Positions 37,043 through 46,608 of a DNA stretch of 64,000 nt are shown in pieces. The notes under the pieces are model-generated. The model did no database searches. It had not been told where the DNA came from and saw nothing but the letters and a program-made list of their open reading frames with translations. The DNA is from Cyanophora paradoxa CCMP329 (lineage: Eukaryota; Plantae; Glaucophyta), in the NCBI GenBank assembly GCA_004431415.1, contig QPMI01000561.1, positions 25,075 through 89,074 on the forward strand, written 5' to 3'. Position 1 is the stretch's first letter, and the number at the start of each line of letters is the position of its first letter. Made by a program: the position numbers and the translations under genes.

Positions 37043-40000
37043 ACTCCGTGTACTCCGTGTGCTTCAACCACAACGCATCGGCCGTGCTCGCAGCGGGTCC
37101 CGACTCGGTCGCTCGCCTCTGGCGCATCAGCGACAGCTCAGTCCAAATGATGCTCAACCACACGCAATTCAGCGAAGTCCGGGCGGCCGCTATCTCGCCC
37201 GATGGCGCGTTGGCGGTGACAGGGACGATGTCCGCGGAGGTCTGCATCTGGTCCCTCGCGAACGGATCGAAGCTACGTTCGCTTTTCAACCACACCAATG
37301 CTGTTTTGTCAGCGGCATTCTCTACAAGCGATGTATTCGCTACGGCTTCTGCGGACGCAACTGTCGTTTTGTGGTCCGCCTCCACAGGATCCGTGCTTCG
37401 TGTGCTGAGGGGCCACACGGACTGGGTCTACGGCATCGCGTTCATACCGCGCTCTGCAATGCTCGTCAGTGTCGCGAACAAGTTGGACAACCAGCGGATT
37501 CGGGTCTGGTCGAAAGACACCGGCGCTCAGCTCGGAGCTGTCAACAAGCTGCAGCTGTCAGATTCCGAAGGCGCAATGTACTCGGTCGCCGCTTCAAAGG
37601 ATGGGTCGTTCTTTGTCACAAGCAGTGCGTAACAGCTTAAATTAGTGTTTCCAGTCGTGATGTGGTTGCCTTGCATCGGAAAAACTGACGACCCTGTGAG
37701 CGCAGGCGAGATGGGGAGGGTTCGTTTCTGGCACAGCTCGAATAAGTCAGAGATGACACAGGCTCGGCCGATCTCTACGCTCTCAGATCCCCTGTGGTCG
37801 GTCGCACTGTCTACAAACGCTTCGGCAAACAGCTCTTTCGTCGTTTCGGGAGCGGCGTCTGGGAATCTGAGCATCTGGAACCTGTCGCCACGTAAGGATC
37901 CCGTTTGACTTTTGACTTGCCCGCGTTTTTTTGAGGCGTCTGAGAGAGTCTCCGCGCTGCAGTGGCCCAGCTCGCTCCATCGCAGTCTTTCATCGACTGC
38001 GTCTCGTTTACTCTGCTCGAGGGAGAGCAGACGAATTGCACCTTCTTCCCCCGCACAGGCAATGGGGACCCACTGGAGGTTCAGTCGACAGCATTTAGTC
38101 TTCTCAGCACTAGCTCGGGCGCTGTGAGGGCGGTGTTTACGCCGGCGGAATGGCCAAGCCGCGTTTCAGCACTCCCTTTTTCCGTTCGATTTGCTCTGAA
38201 CAGCACGGTATCCACAACCAACAGTGCAAGTATTGCGCTGATCCAGGGCTCATCGGGCATCCTCCCGCAAGTCTCGACGTCCCTTGGTTCGGCTTCTGTG
38301 GTCCTCGCTCGGACATTCAATGTGCTTCCACAGATACGGGCCGAAGAGGGGTATGCCTCCAAGTATGCGTCTTGATTATTTTAACCAATTGCGTGCTCGA
38401 ATCAGGGCTTCTATGGTGTGCAGTCCGACCACACTGTATCTTTTGGTGCCCGCGACTTGCGTGTTTACGTCAGCCGTCAAGGTTTGTGTTTCGGCACTGC
38501 CTTGGTGCAGTAGATATTCCTGAACATCGCGGCAGATAAATGCGAGCGAGGTTGAGATGCTTTTCAAAATGCTCAGCAAGCCCGTTGTGAAGCCGCTTGT
38601 GGGATTTACTGCAAACGAGTCCGCGGCCGTCATTTTCGATGTGTCTCCCCTTTCTCCCCTCCTCGACCCCAGCTTCGCGATGGGCAACCCGGCGCTGACG
38701 CGGTTCTGGTTCAACATCACCGCGCGGCTGTCCGTCAACATCGACGAGCTCCTCGGCCTCCCGGACGGCATTGTCGATGTCGCTATTCCCATCTTCCGAT
38801 TCTGCGGCTGCACGGCCAACACGCTCGTGCCCTGGACCTCCGTCAACATAACGGTGAAGACAGGTCAGTCGCTGTCATTCAGGCAATCGATATCGTTTTG
38901 AAATCTGACTGAATTTGGTTACGCAGCCCGCTCCTTCCGACCGCCCGTCTCCGTCGTGTCGACGTCGGGCGCCCTCACCCTGCCGATCGTGAGCCTGCTT
39001 CTTGACGGGTCCCGGAGCTCTGGATCCCAGAGGCTCGTCGGCATGTCGTCCAGCTCACAGGCGACGGTTTCGGTCACGCCCGTTTTCGGCTGGACGAACA
39101 ACACCGCTACAAATTGCTCTTGGGCGGTGGTGCGCGTGCACCGATGCCGTTTATTGCGTATTTTGCACTGCGGCAAACGTCCTGTACATGTGTATTTTCC
39201 CTGAAATCGAGACCCGTGCACGCAGTCGCTGAGGTCTGCGCCGCAAACGCCACTGGAGCTTTCCAATGTGGACTCTACCGGCTTGCTGCGGGCGGCGAAC
39301 TGCTCGATCTTCTTGCTCCGGCCGAGGCTGGGTCTCTACGACGTCGCGCTGACTGTGACGGACTCCCGGGGCTTCGCAGCCGTCGCCCGCTCCAACTTCA
39401 CGGTCGCCCCTCCGCTGAGTGAGCACGCGCGCTACATCAGACGCACACGCACCGGAATCATAAATGCAAACGTGTACTGATCGTAAATTGATTATCGTTC
39501 CAGATACCACGATCTCGATCAGGCTAAGCACGGATTACGATGCGTTCGAGGCCAAGTACATGAACGGCTCCCTCATCTATCTGCAGGACGCACTTGTCAG
39601 AGCTTGCAACAGCACCTTTCAGAGGAGCCAGATCTACGACCTCTCCGTCTCCCGCGGGAGCGTCCTCATCCGGTTCAGGCTGCTGCGCCTCCCCTGGCCG
39701 CAGTACGCGCAGACGGACGCGGAGCTGCGGGCGATCGTTGCTGGCTTGCAGAAGCCAGAGGCGAGGGCGCTGATCAGCTCTGTCTTCGGCGGCGCGCCCG
39801 TCCTCGCGGTCAGCACGCTGGAGGACGAGCCGACCGCTGGTGCGTCGCTTGTTCCGCACGATCACCCAATTTGCAAGTGGATCGCTTGACCGCCCCGGGC
39901 CCCGTGCAGAGACCGGACAGGCGCTGCCGTACATCGCGAAAGCCACCTACTTGAACACGACCTCGACGCTCGTCGTTCTCGTGTCCAGCAACGCGCCGCT

Positions 40001-41744
40001 CCTTCGAAAGCGGTGGACGCAGCTCACCGGCCCCGTGAACCTCTCCGCCGAGCTCGCCGCCTCGGAGTCGAAGCAGAGCGCCTTCGACGCTTCCGTCACG
40101 TTCCCCTACGCGCTCGCCTTCGGCGCCTACTCGTTCGTGCTTTCCGTGTACGACACGTTCAACGTCGAGACGGTCCTCCGCTTCTCGATTACGCTCAGTC
40201 CCGACGCCCCGCCGGCCGTTGTGGTGGAGCCTCCAGTTGCTGCAGGTACAAGACAGTTGGCGCCTTTCTCTAACTGCGCCGTTATGGCAATCGCTAATTT
40301 CGTGGAGCAGAAGACAACAGCGCTGCCGCTCTCGGCAAAGCGATCGGGGCGGCAATGACAGCGGCGGCGGCATTCGCCGCCGGGTCCTCCGCCGCCAATC
40401 CTCCAGATGCATCGGCCGGTGCGAGTGCTCTGAATTTCCAAGCCGCGCAGTGCCGTTCCGAGGGCATGCAAGAGAATGACTCCCGAGCTCCTGCTACTAC
40501 AACTGCAGGCGCAGATGCGGGCGGGGACATGGGCGGAGACGGCGGTGGCGGGGAGGGGGACGGCGGCGGGGAGGGGGACGGCGGCGGAGAGGGGGAGGCC
40601 GACGATGCTGGTGGCGAAGAGGCGGTGCGGATTTTCGGTCGAATACCTTTTTTTTCATGGTTTGATTCGTTTTCGCGGTTCTCAATGATGCGGGCGCAGG
40701 AGGCGCCGGGGGATGAGGAGGAAGATGCGCCCGGTGACGAGGAGGAAGAAGCGCCCGGGGACGAGGAAGAGCAGGAGACAGAGGCGTTTGACGAGGCAGC
40801 GGATGCCGAGGGCGAGGACGCGCGAAGGGAGAGGCGGGAGCGATCGGACAGCCTGGCCCCGAGCATCGGATTTGGCGACGCCGGCGCCGACGCCTCTGCA
40901 AGTGCGGGGCCGGCGGCAGGGCCAGGGTTCGGGTCGGCAGTGTCAGGGATGGCGGCCGGCGCTGCGGCGCTCTCGGCGGTGACGTACGCTCTGCCGGACG
41001 GCTCGCGGCGCCGGAGGCGGAGCTCCCTCGCAAGCGCGTCTGGCATCCCGCCGCGCGCTCGCCGCCGCTCGAGCGTGCAGTCGCAAGAGTCCGACATTAG
41101 CGCTGCCGCCACCGCTGCAGCCAAGGCCTCGGTTGCCTCGGCATCGGCGTCCAAGGTACCCGAAACGGGCGGGACACTTGTCGTATCAGGGACGGCAGCG
41201 GGCGCAGGAGTCCCCTCAGCGCTAGCATCAACATCGGTCGCACCGGACGGCTCGCGCCAGACGATTCGACGGAGCTCTCTTGCGGGTGCTTCGGGCATCC
41301 CTCCTCAAGCTCGTCGCCAATCGCGGGTTCAGTTCCAAGAGGAGACCGCCGCCGCCACAGCTGCAGCCGCAGCAGCGGCCGCCAGCGGCGAACCCGAGTT
41401 TGGGACAACAACGTCAACCGGTCCCGGCGCTGGTGCAGCAGCGCCGGGGATGGCGTCAGGCGCTGCGGCGCTATCGGCGACAGCACACTTGCTTCCCGAT
41501 GGCTCGCGCCGGAATGCGCGACGCCGCTCCCTCACGAGCGCGTCGGGCATCCCCCCGCGCCGACGCTCGAGCGTCCAGTCGCAATCATCCGCCGCCGGTT
41601 CTGCCACCAATCCTCCGCCAACGAGAAGCGCTCGCGGTCGACTTTCCAGCGCCGGCAAGAGCGCCGAAGGCACGGAGCTGGCAGCCCGCGCGGGAGACGT
41701 CCATGTAACGGTCGTGAATCTACAATTGACCGACGACGTGCGAG
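37043..41744 (+). pseudogene. 3' part of the WD40 surface-protein gene (WD40 repeats, SEA-like, PKD/REJ-like, Ala-rich hydrophobic segment, repetitive tail)
   Basis: WD40s (NHTNAVLSAAFS, GHTDWVYGIAF); SEA-like IYDLSVSRGSVLIRF; KRWTQLTGP...GAYSFVLSVYD (PKD/REJ-like); LGKAIGAAMTAAAAFAAG; last visible donor GTAAAC at 41745. Confidence 0.7.
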
Positions 41745-41787
41745 GTAAACATCTTGAACGCATTCTCAGAGTCTCAGCGCACGGGCG

Positions 41788-41860
41788 ACACATATGAATA
41801 TTCATATTTTAATCCCTCGGCGTTCCGCCTCAGGATTAAAATATGAATATTCATATGTGT
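41788..41860. repeat. Perfect 28-bp inverted repeat (hairpin) at the host-virus junction
   Basis: ACACATATGAATATTCATATTTTAATCC (41788-41815) / 17-nt spacer / exact reverse complement (41833-41860). Confidence 0.95.
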
Positions 41861-42800
41861 GATTCGATGTTATATCAATAAAATCGATTAATTTATTTGA
41901 ATTTTCACATGAATTTTCATATTTTTATATGCATTTCAATTAATTTAATCGATGTTATATCGATAAACTCGATTAATCGATATTGTATCTTAATTGTAGT
42001 TAATCGGAATTATATGAATAACTTCGATTGATCTTAATTGAATCCTAAATGAATCTAATCGGAATTATATCAATAAATTCGATTAAATCATGTTCTTTTC
42101 CGATTAAATCAATTAAATATTTAAATTTGTTACCATAAGTGGTCTAAGTTGACTCACTTTTCATTAACATTTTGAACTCTTAGTCTCCTTGAATTTCTTA
42201 ATATGACTCAACTTAGTCAACTTAGTCAACTTTGTTACCATAATCAATCAGGGTGGACTCACTTTTAGATCAACTTTGAAATTTCAAGCAAAATCAACTT
42301 GGATTTCAAAAGTGGATCTTCTAAGTGGACTCAATATGTTCACTTTGTGATACATGTTAGCTCAAATCCTTACTGTTTATGGTCAGGGTTGACTAAGTGG
42401 GGGGAGTTGACACATTTTTTGAAATCCTTTTTAGAAAACTTTAGGTCCCAAATATTTCCTGTGAAATTTGAGTCAACTCAACCCACTTAGTCAACCCTTG
42501 CATTGAATTCGTAACAAAATCCATATACTTTTACTACTTTTACGATTAATATGAGTCAACCTTGAGTCCACTTAAATATAAATATAATATAATAGGGGGA
42601 ATCAAGGGGAATGTTGAGTTTTACTGTAATGAAATCGAACATTATTCCAATTACTTACAATAGAATTCTATCGTAAAAAATGTCCGGAATCCGGAAAATA
42701 ATCATTGTATAAAGCTACTGTAGTGAAAGGATATATTATATCTTTTTGTTACAGTAGCTTATCAATGTTATTGTTAGAAAACAAAGGAATCGTTTAGAAA
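41861..42800. repeat. Non-coding AT-rich terminal region with short direct repeats
   Basis: Repeated TTATATC(A/G)ATAAA.TCGATTAA and TAATCGGAATTATAT; many GACTCA/AGTCAAC motifs. Confidence 0.7.
42386..42497. promoter_or_regulatory. Long-spacer inverted repeat, copy 1 (candidate origin or cis element)
   Basis: GGGTTGACTAAGTGGGGGGAGTTGAC ... GTCAACTCAACCCACTTAGTCAACCC (24/26 complementary). Confidence 0.6.
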
Positions 42801-42817
42801 TTCATTATAGAAACCCA

Positions 42818-43216
42818 TCAAAACGGGAATCTATCATGTTTATGTCTCTCAGTCTTCTCAAATGTTAAGAAATTCATTGTTTTATCGATCTCATCTGCTA
42901 CTGATTGTGTTTTATGCTGAGCTTCTTTACCACAACTGAATATATCAATTGCTAACATGCCTTCATTGGAATAACAATGAGCTGTGCAATGGCTTTCATC
43001 TAATAGCAGAACCAATGCAAAACCAGGAGGTGATAGTTTGCCATCAAATATCTCACAGTGTTTATGAACAATCCTAATACCTTGTCTCAATATTGCTTGT
43101 TCAAGGGTTCTCATAATCCAATTACCAAGAAAGCTAACATGCTCATAGCCTGTTGCTATAGCTGTTTTAGCCTTGTAATCAAGCATTACATGAAAGCCTC
43201 TGTATTTAGTCTCCAT
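42818..43216 (-). CDS. speD: Prokaryotic-type pyruvoyl S-adenosylmethionine decarboxylase proenzyme (SpeD/SpeH family)
   Basis: GFHVMLD, PPGFALVLLLDESHCTAHCY (ES self-cleavage site), AIDIFSCG. Confidence 0.85.
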   Translation of the reverse strand: METKYRGFHVMLDYKAKTAIATGYEHVSFLGNWIMRTLEQAILRQGIRIVHKHCEIFDGKLSPPGFALVLLLDESHCTAHCYSNEGMLAIDIFSCGKEAQHKTQSVADEIDKTMNFLTFEKTERHKHDRFPF

Positions 43217-43245
43217 TAAGAATACCTTAGAAAAATTAATTAATC

Positions 43246-43518
43246 CTAATCGAACCTAATGCAAATATCCCTGTACTCTACTTTGATTGATGAAGTAGCC
43301 CTTTTCCTGTAAGCCTGAGAATGCTTTTTGTTGCATTCCCTACAACCTGATCCCTTCACATGATTAAAGGGATATGTAAGGATCACCTTGTTACACTGCA
43401 AACATCTAACAGATACTTTCTCTTGAGCTTTGATGTAATGTGTCTCACTGTAATCGAATTTATCTTTACCATGAACTGTCATAGCAGCATCAATAAACTT
43501 TTTTGTTTTACTATCCAT
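43246..43518 (-). CDS. Small zinc-binding protein, DUF723/homing-endonuclease-associated repeat-like
   Basis: FIDAAMTVHGKDKFDYS...VRCLQC...NHVKGSGCREC. Confidence 0.7.
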   Translation of the reverse strand: MDSKTKKFIDAAMTVHGKDKFDYSETHYIKAQEKVSVRCLQCNKVILTYPFNHVKGSGCRECNKKHSQAYRKRATSSIKVEYRDICIRFD

Positions 43519-43521
43519 ACT

Positions 43522-44373
43522 CTATATATAACCAATATTCTTATGGAGCAGTATCCTGCCCAAAAATGGGGAAATATCGATTTGTCCATAGTATTCAGCA
43601 TAGGTATTCTGCTTTGCAATAAAATCGGTTCTCTCAGCATATAATACACACTTGTAGATACCAAACTTGGTGGCTCTAACCAGAAACTGATAATCTTCCA
43701 AACCAAAATTGACTCCATGATAAGCAATTCCGAAATTATCATATGGGGTGATCACAACAGCAAAATTAGGAGTTCCACCCTCTACTTGACAAAGAGCATA
43801 AACATCTGGTGGGATATCCACAACTACCTTGTAGTGGTCACCAATTTCAACAAGAGAGTCTACTACTGCTGTTTGTTCATTTACAACAATGGGGAATATT
43901 TTTATTATATAGGGAGCATTCATGCTGGGGACATAGGTTCGAATTCTTGTGTTGGGATCAATGGGATTGGGTTGATCATTCACAAATAAAGGCGCTCCAA
44001 CAGCCCCACCAACCCTAAGACCATCCCCAATATATGCTCCCCCCGATTTGCAGTTAATAGCTCCCGACCTAGATTCAAAAGAATAAGTAGACAGAGGATC
44101 TCCATAGCTATCTGGGTCTCCATAATGAGCAGAAAAGTTTGCATTTGTGACAAGTAGCTTAGTTGTCTTAACTATTCCATTATTTTTATCACATCTGAGT
44201 TCCTGTAATCTCAGTTTGTGGGTGGAACCAAAGGTGTTCATTGTAGGTTGGACCTCTGTGGATTGGAGACCCTCTACATCATCAAAGGTAGCATGCTGTA
44301 AAACATGGTTTGCTGGGGCAGCTAATGATAGCTGTGGTGTAATAATTCGTTCAAGTGGGGGTTGCTCAGCCAT
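43522..44373 (-). CDS. Fibre/spike paralogue 1 (shared N-terminal domain plus phage-tail-like C-terminus)
   Basis: ELRCDKNNGIVKTTKLLVTNAN, SGGAYIGDG; C-terminus IPPDVYALC...VVITP...YAERTD. Confidence 0.6.
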   Translation of the reverse strand: MAEQPPLERIITPQLSLAAPANHVLQHATFDDVEGLQSTEVQPTMNTFGSTHKLRLQELRCDKNNGIVKTTKLLVTNANFSAHYGDPDSYGDPLSTYSFESRSGAINCKSGGAYIGDGLRVGGAVGAPLFVNDQPNPIDPNTRIRTYVPSMNAPYIIKIFPIVVNEQTAVVDSLVEIGDHYKVVVDIPPDVYALCQVEGGTPNFAVVITPYDNFGIAYHGVNFGLEDYQFLVRATKFGIYKCVLYAERTDFIAKQNTYAEYYGQIDISPFLGRILLHKNIGYI

Positions 44374-44395
44374 TTTACATTAAAGGGATATATCT

Positions 44396-45241
44396 TTATG
44401 GGGTTGGGTCATCAATTACATCTGGCTCCATGTAAAACCCTGTAACTGAAAGAGTATCAGGAGTTACACCTCTAAGAGCTGATACAGCGGCTATATCTGT
44501 TCTCAAACCGATAAGAGTTATAGTATATAACCCAATATCTGTAACAAACAAGTCAAAGGTGAAATTATTATTATAAACACAGTAGCCATAACCGAAATGA
44601 TTATATCCCTGAACATTGAAATAGTATTTATGACCTACTTGATTGTTGTTGGCTCTACAAAGGGAAAGCATTGCAGATGGAATCGCAAGACCTCTCAGTA
44701 CTCTTTTGGTTCCTTCAATTAATTCCGAGTTTTCAAGAGTAACAGTATATCCAATGTAAAATTGAATTAATGGCTGCTGTGCAACAGGAGTATATAATCG
44801 AATTCGTTGGGGGTCTTCTACATTTTGCTCTAGAGTATCTGGGACATCATTATACGAAATTGAGGATGAAAGCTGACCTGAAATTCGACAGCCACCCCCA
44901 ATAAATGCTCCTCCTGATCTCACAGTAACAGCAGCAGAATTCTTATCGAAATCAAGGGCTTTCAGATCAACACTGTAAGCATCAGGACCTCCATTGGTAG
45001 GCTGGAAAAAGTTAGCATTTGTGACAAGAAGTCGAGTTGTTTTAACCACACCAGAATTCTTATCAGCTCTCAGCTCTTTAACTCGAATAATCGAATTTTT
45101 ATCAAAGGAGTTGCCATTGGAATTGGGTCTCTCTGTGGATTCTAAACCACGAACCTCATCATTTACTTCATGCTGGCGAAAATGCATTGCAGGGGATCCA
45201 AGGGAATATATAGGCAGTTGAACTCGATTATATTCACCCAT
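44396..45241 (-). CDS. Fibre/spike paralogue 2
   Basis: ELRADKNSGVVKTTRLLVTNAN, SGGAFIGGG; C-terminus similar to paralogue 1 (IPSAMLSLC...IGLRTD); likely start MGEYNR at 45241. Confidence 0.6.
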   Translation of the reverse strand: MGEYNRVQLPIYSLGSPAMHFRQHEVNDEVRGLESTERPNSNGNSFDKNSIIRVKELRADKNSGVVKTTRLLVTNANFFQPTNGGPDAYSVDLKALDFDKNSAAVTVRSGGAFIGGGCRISGQLSSSISYNDVPDTLEQNVEDPQRIRLYTPVAQQPLIQFYIGYTVTLENSELIEGTKRVLRGLAIPSAMLSLCRANNNQVGHKYYFNVQGYNHFGYGYCVYNNNFTFDLFVTDIGLYTITLIGLRTDIAAVSALRGVTPDTLSVTGFYMEPDVIDDPTP

Positions 45242-45276
45242 TGCTTCTTTTACTAAGAAGGAAAGAAAAATAATGT

Positions 45277-45543
45277 TCATTGTTCTTCTGTGACATAATT
45301 ATATTCGATACCTTTCTTTACAGTTCCCCTTTGGAATGCCTGTAAAACGATGGCTTCCTTTGAGGTTGGTATTTGAATTCCTGATGCAATGCAAGACTGG
45401 ATCTCTTTCTGAACAATATCATCAATTGCAATTCTTGCCCTGTTATGAACCACATTATCAATCCAATCCTGAACAGAAGCTGCACAGAATTCCATTCCCA
45501 GCTTCTCAGTATCTGAGAGAACTACTTGGTAGATATTCGACAT
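45277..45543 (-). CDS. Small protein resembling marine-phage tail-fibre-associated proteins
   Basis: LSDTEKLGMEFCAASVQDWIDNVVHNRARIAIDDIV...IVLQAF; family recognised from memory. Confidence 0.55.
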   Translation of the reverse strand: MSNIYQVVLSDTEKLGMEFCAASVQDWIDNVVHNRARIAIDDIVQKEIQSCIASGIQIPTSKEAIVLQAFQRGTVKKGIEYNYVTEEQ

Positions 45544-45565
45544 TCCTACTTTATAAAGAGAAAAT

Positions 45566-46586
45566 TTATGTGACACTCAAAAGTTCACCTGTGAATGTTG
45601 TTCGATTTGTGTAGCTACCCCATTATTTGTTACAAGTGTTATATACTCACCCATAGCAATGTTAAGAATTACACTAATGTAAAGCGGTTTATTCGTAAGA
45701 GTTGAGTCATTTTGTGTTATGATACTTTGACCCCCTGGGTCTTGGTCATTTACTTTTAAAGAGAGACTTATTGGACTACTTGAAGTTGAATGGGTATATG
45801 CTGTAAATCTGTAATGACCTGCAACAGGAGCAGTGAACCTTCCATTACTGACATTGAATGCCCCCTATTATTCACAAACACTACTCCCCAATTGATAAGA
45901 GCAGTTTCACTGGTAGCAACATGAGGATAATTAAGTTGAACAGAAAATCGAGGCTGATAGTCATATTTTAAATAACAATTTGTGTTGATTGTCAAGCGAT
46001 TGGCTTCCAGAGTAGCCATAATATCACTGTTGCGTTTCAAAACAAGATTCACATTTGCTCCTGTATCGATTTCAGGTGTGACCACCTTGGAAGTTGCTGT
46101 TATTATCGATTGTGTTGTTTCTGGAATACTTATGCCTCCATTGGCTGTTACTGAACCTGTAAATGTGCTTGTTCCTGTAATGTTTACTTGATTGGCTGTT
46201 AGAGTTCCATCAATCCTTGCCCCATCTCCAATATATGCCCCTCCACTTCTAACTGAAAGAGCAGCATTATTAATTGTATTATCAAAAGTAACTATTTTGG
46301 GTGTGGTGAACCCTCCCACATTGTCATAAATTGCTGTATCTGAAACAATTTGACCTGATTGGACTTGGTTCTTGTTAGATACAATGAGTCCTGTGGTTCT
46401 TATTTTTCCCCCATTGCGATCACATCGAATTTCTTTGCATCTAATCACAGAATTTTGTGAAAACGAATCAGCCCCTGTTGTTTCTGTGCAAATAAACCCA
46501 GGTGTTGCATCTGTTACTGTATGGTTCAGTTGATGTATTTTTGGGGCGGCATAACAGAAAACAGGAACTGCTATTTGTGTGGACAT
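45566..46586 (-). CDS. Fibre paralogue 3 with C1q/TNF-like tip (frameshifted near 45850)
   Basis: EIRCDRNGGKIRTTG, SGGAYIGDG; an alternate frame continues RFTAPVAGHYRFTA...TFTGELLSVT to the stop at 45566. Confidence 0.65.
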
Positions 46587-46608
46587 TCTTTATATTATAC
46601 AGATAATA

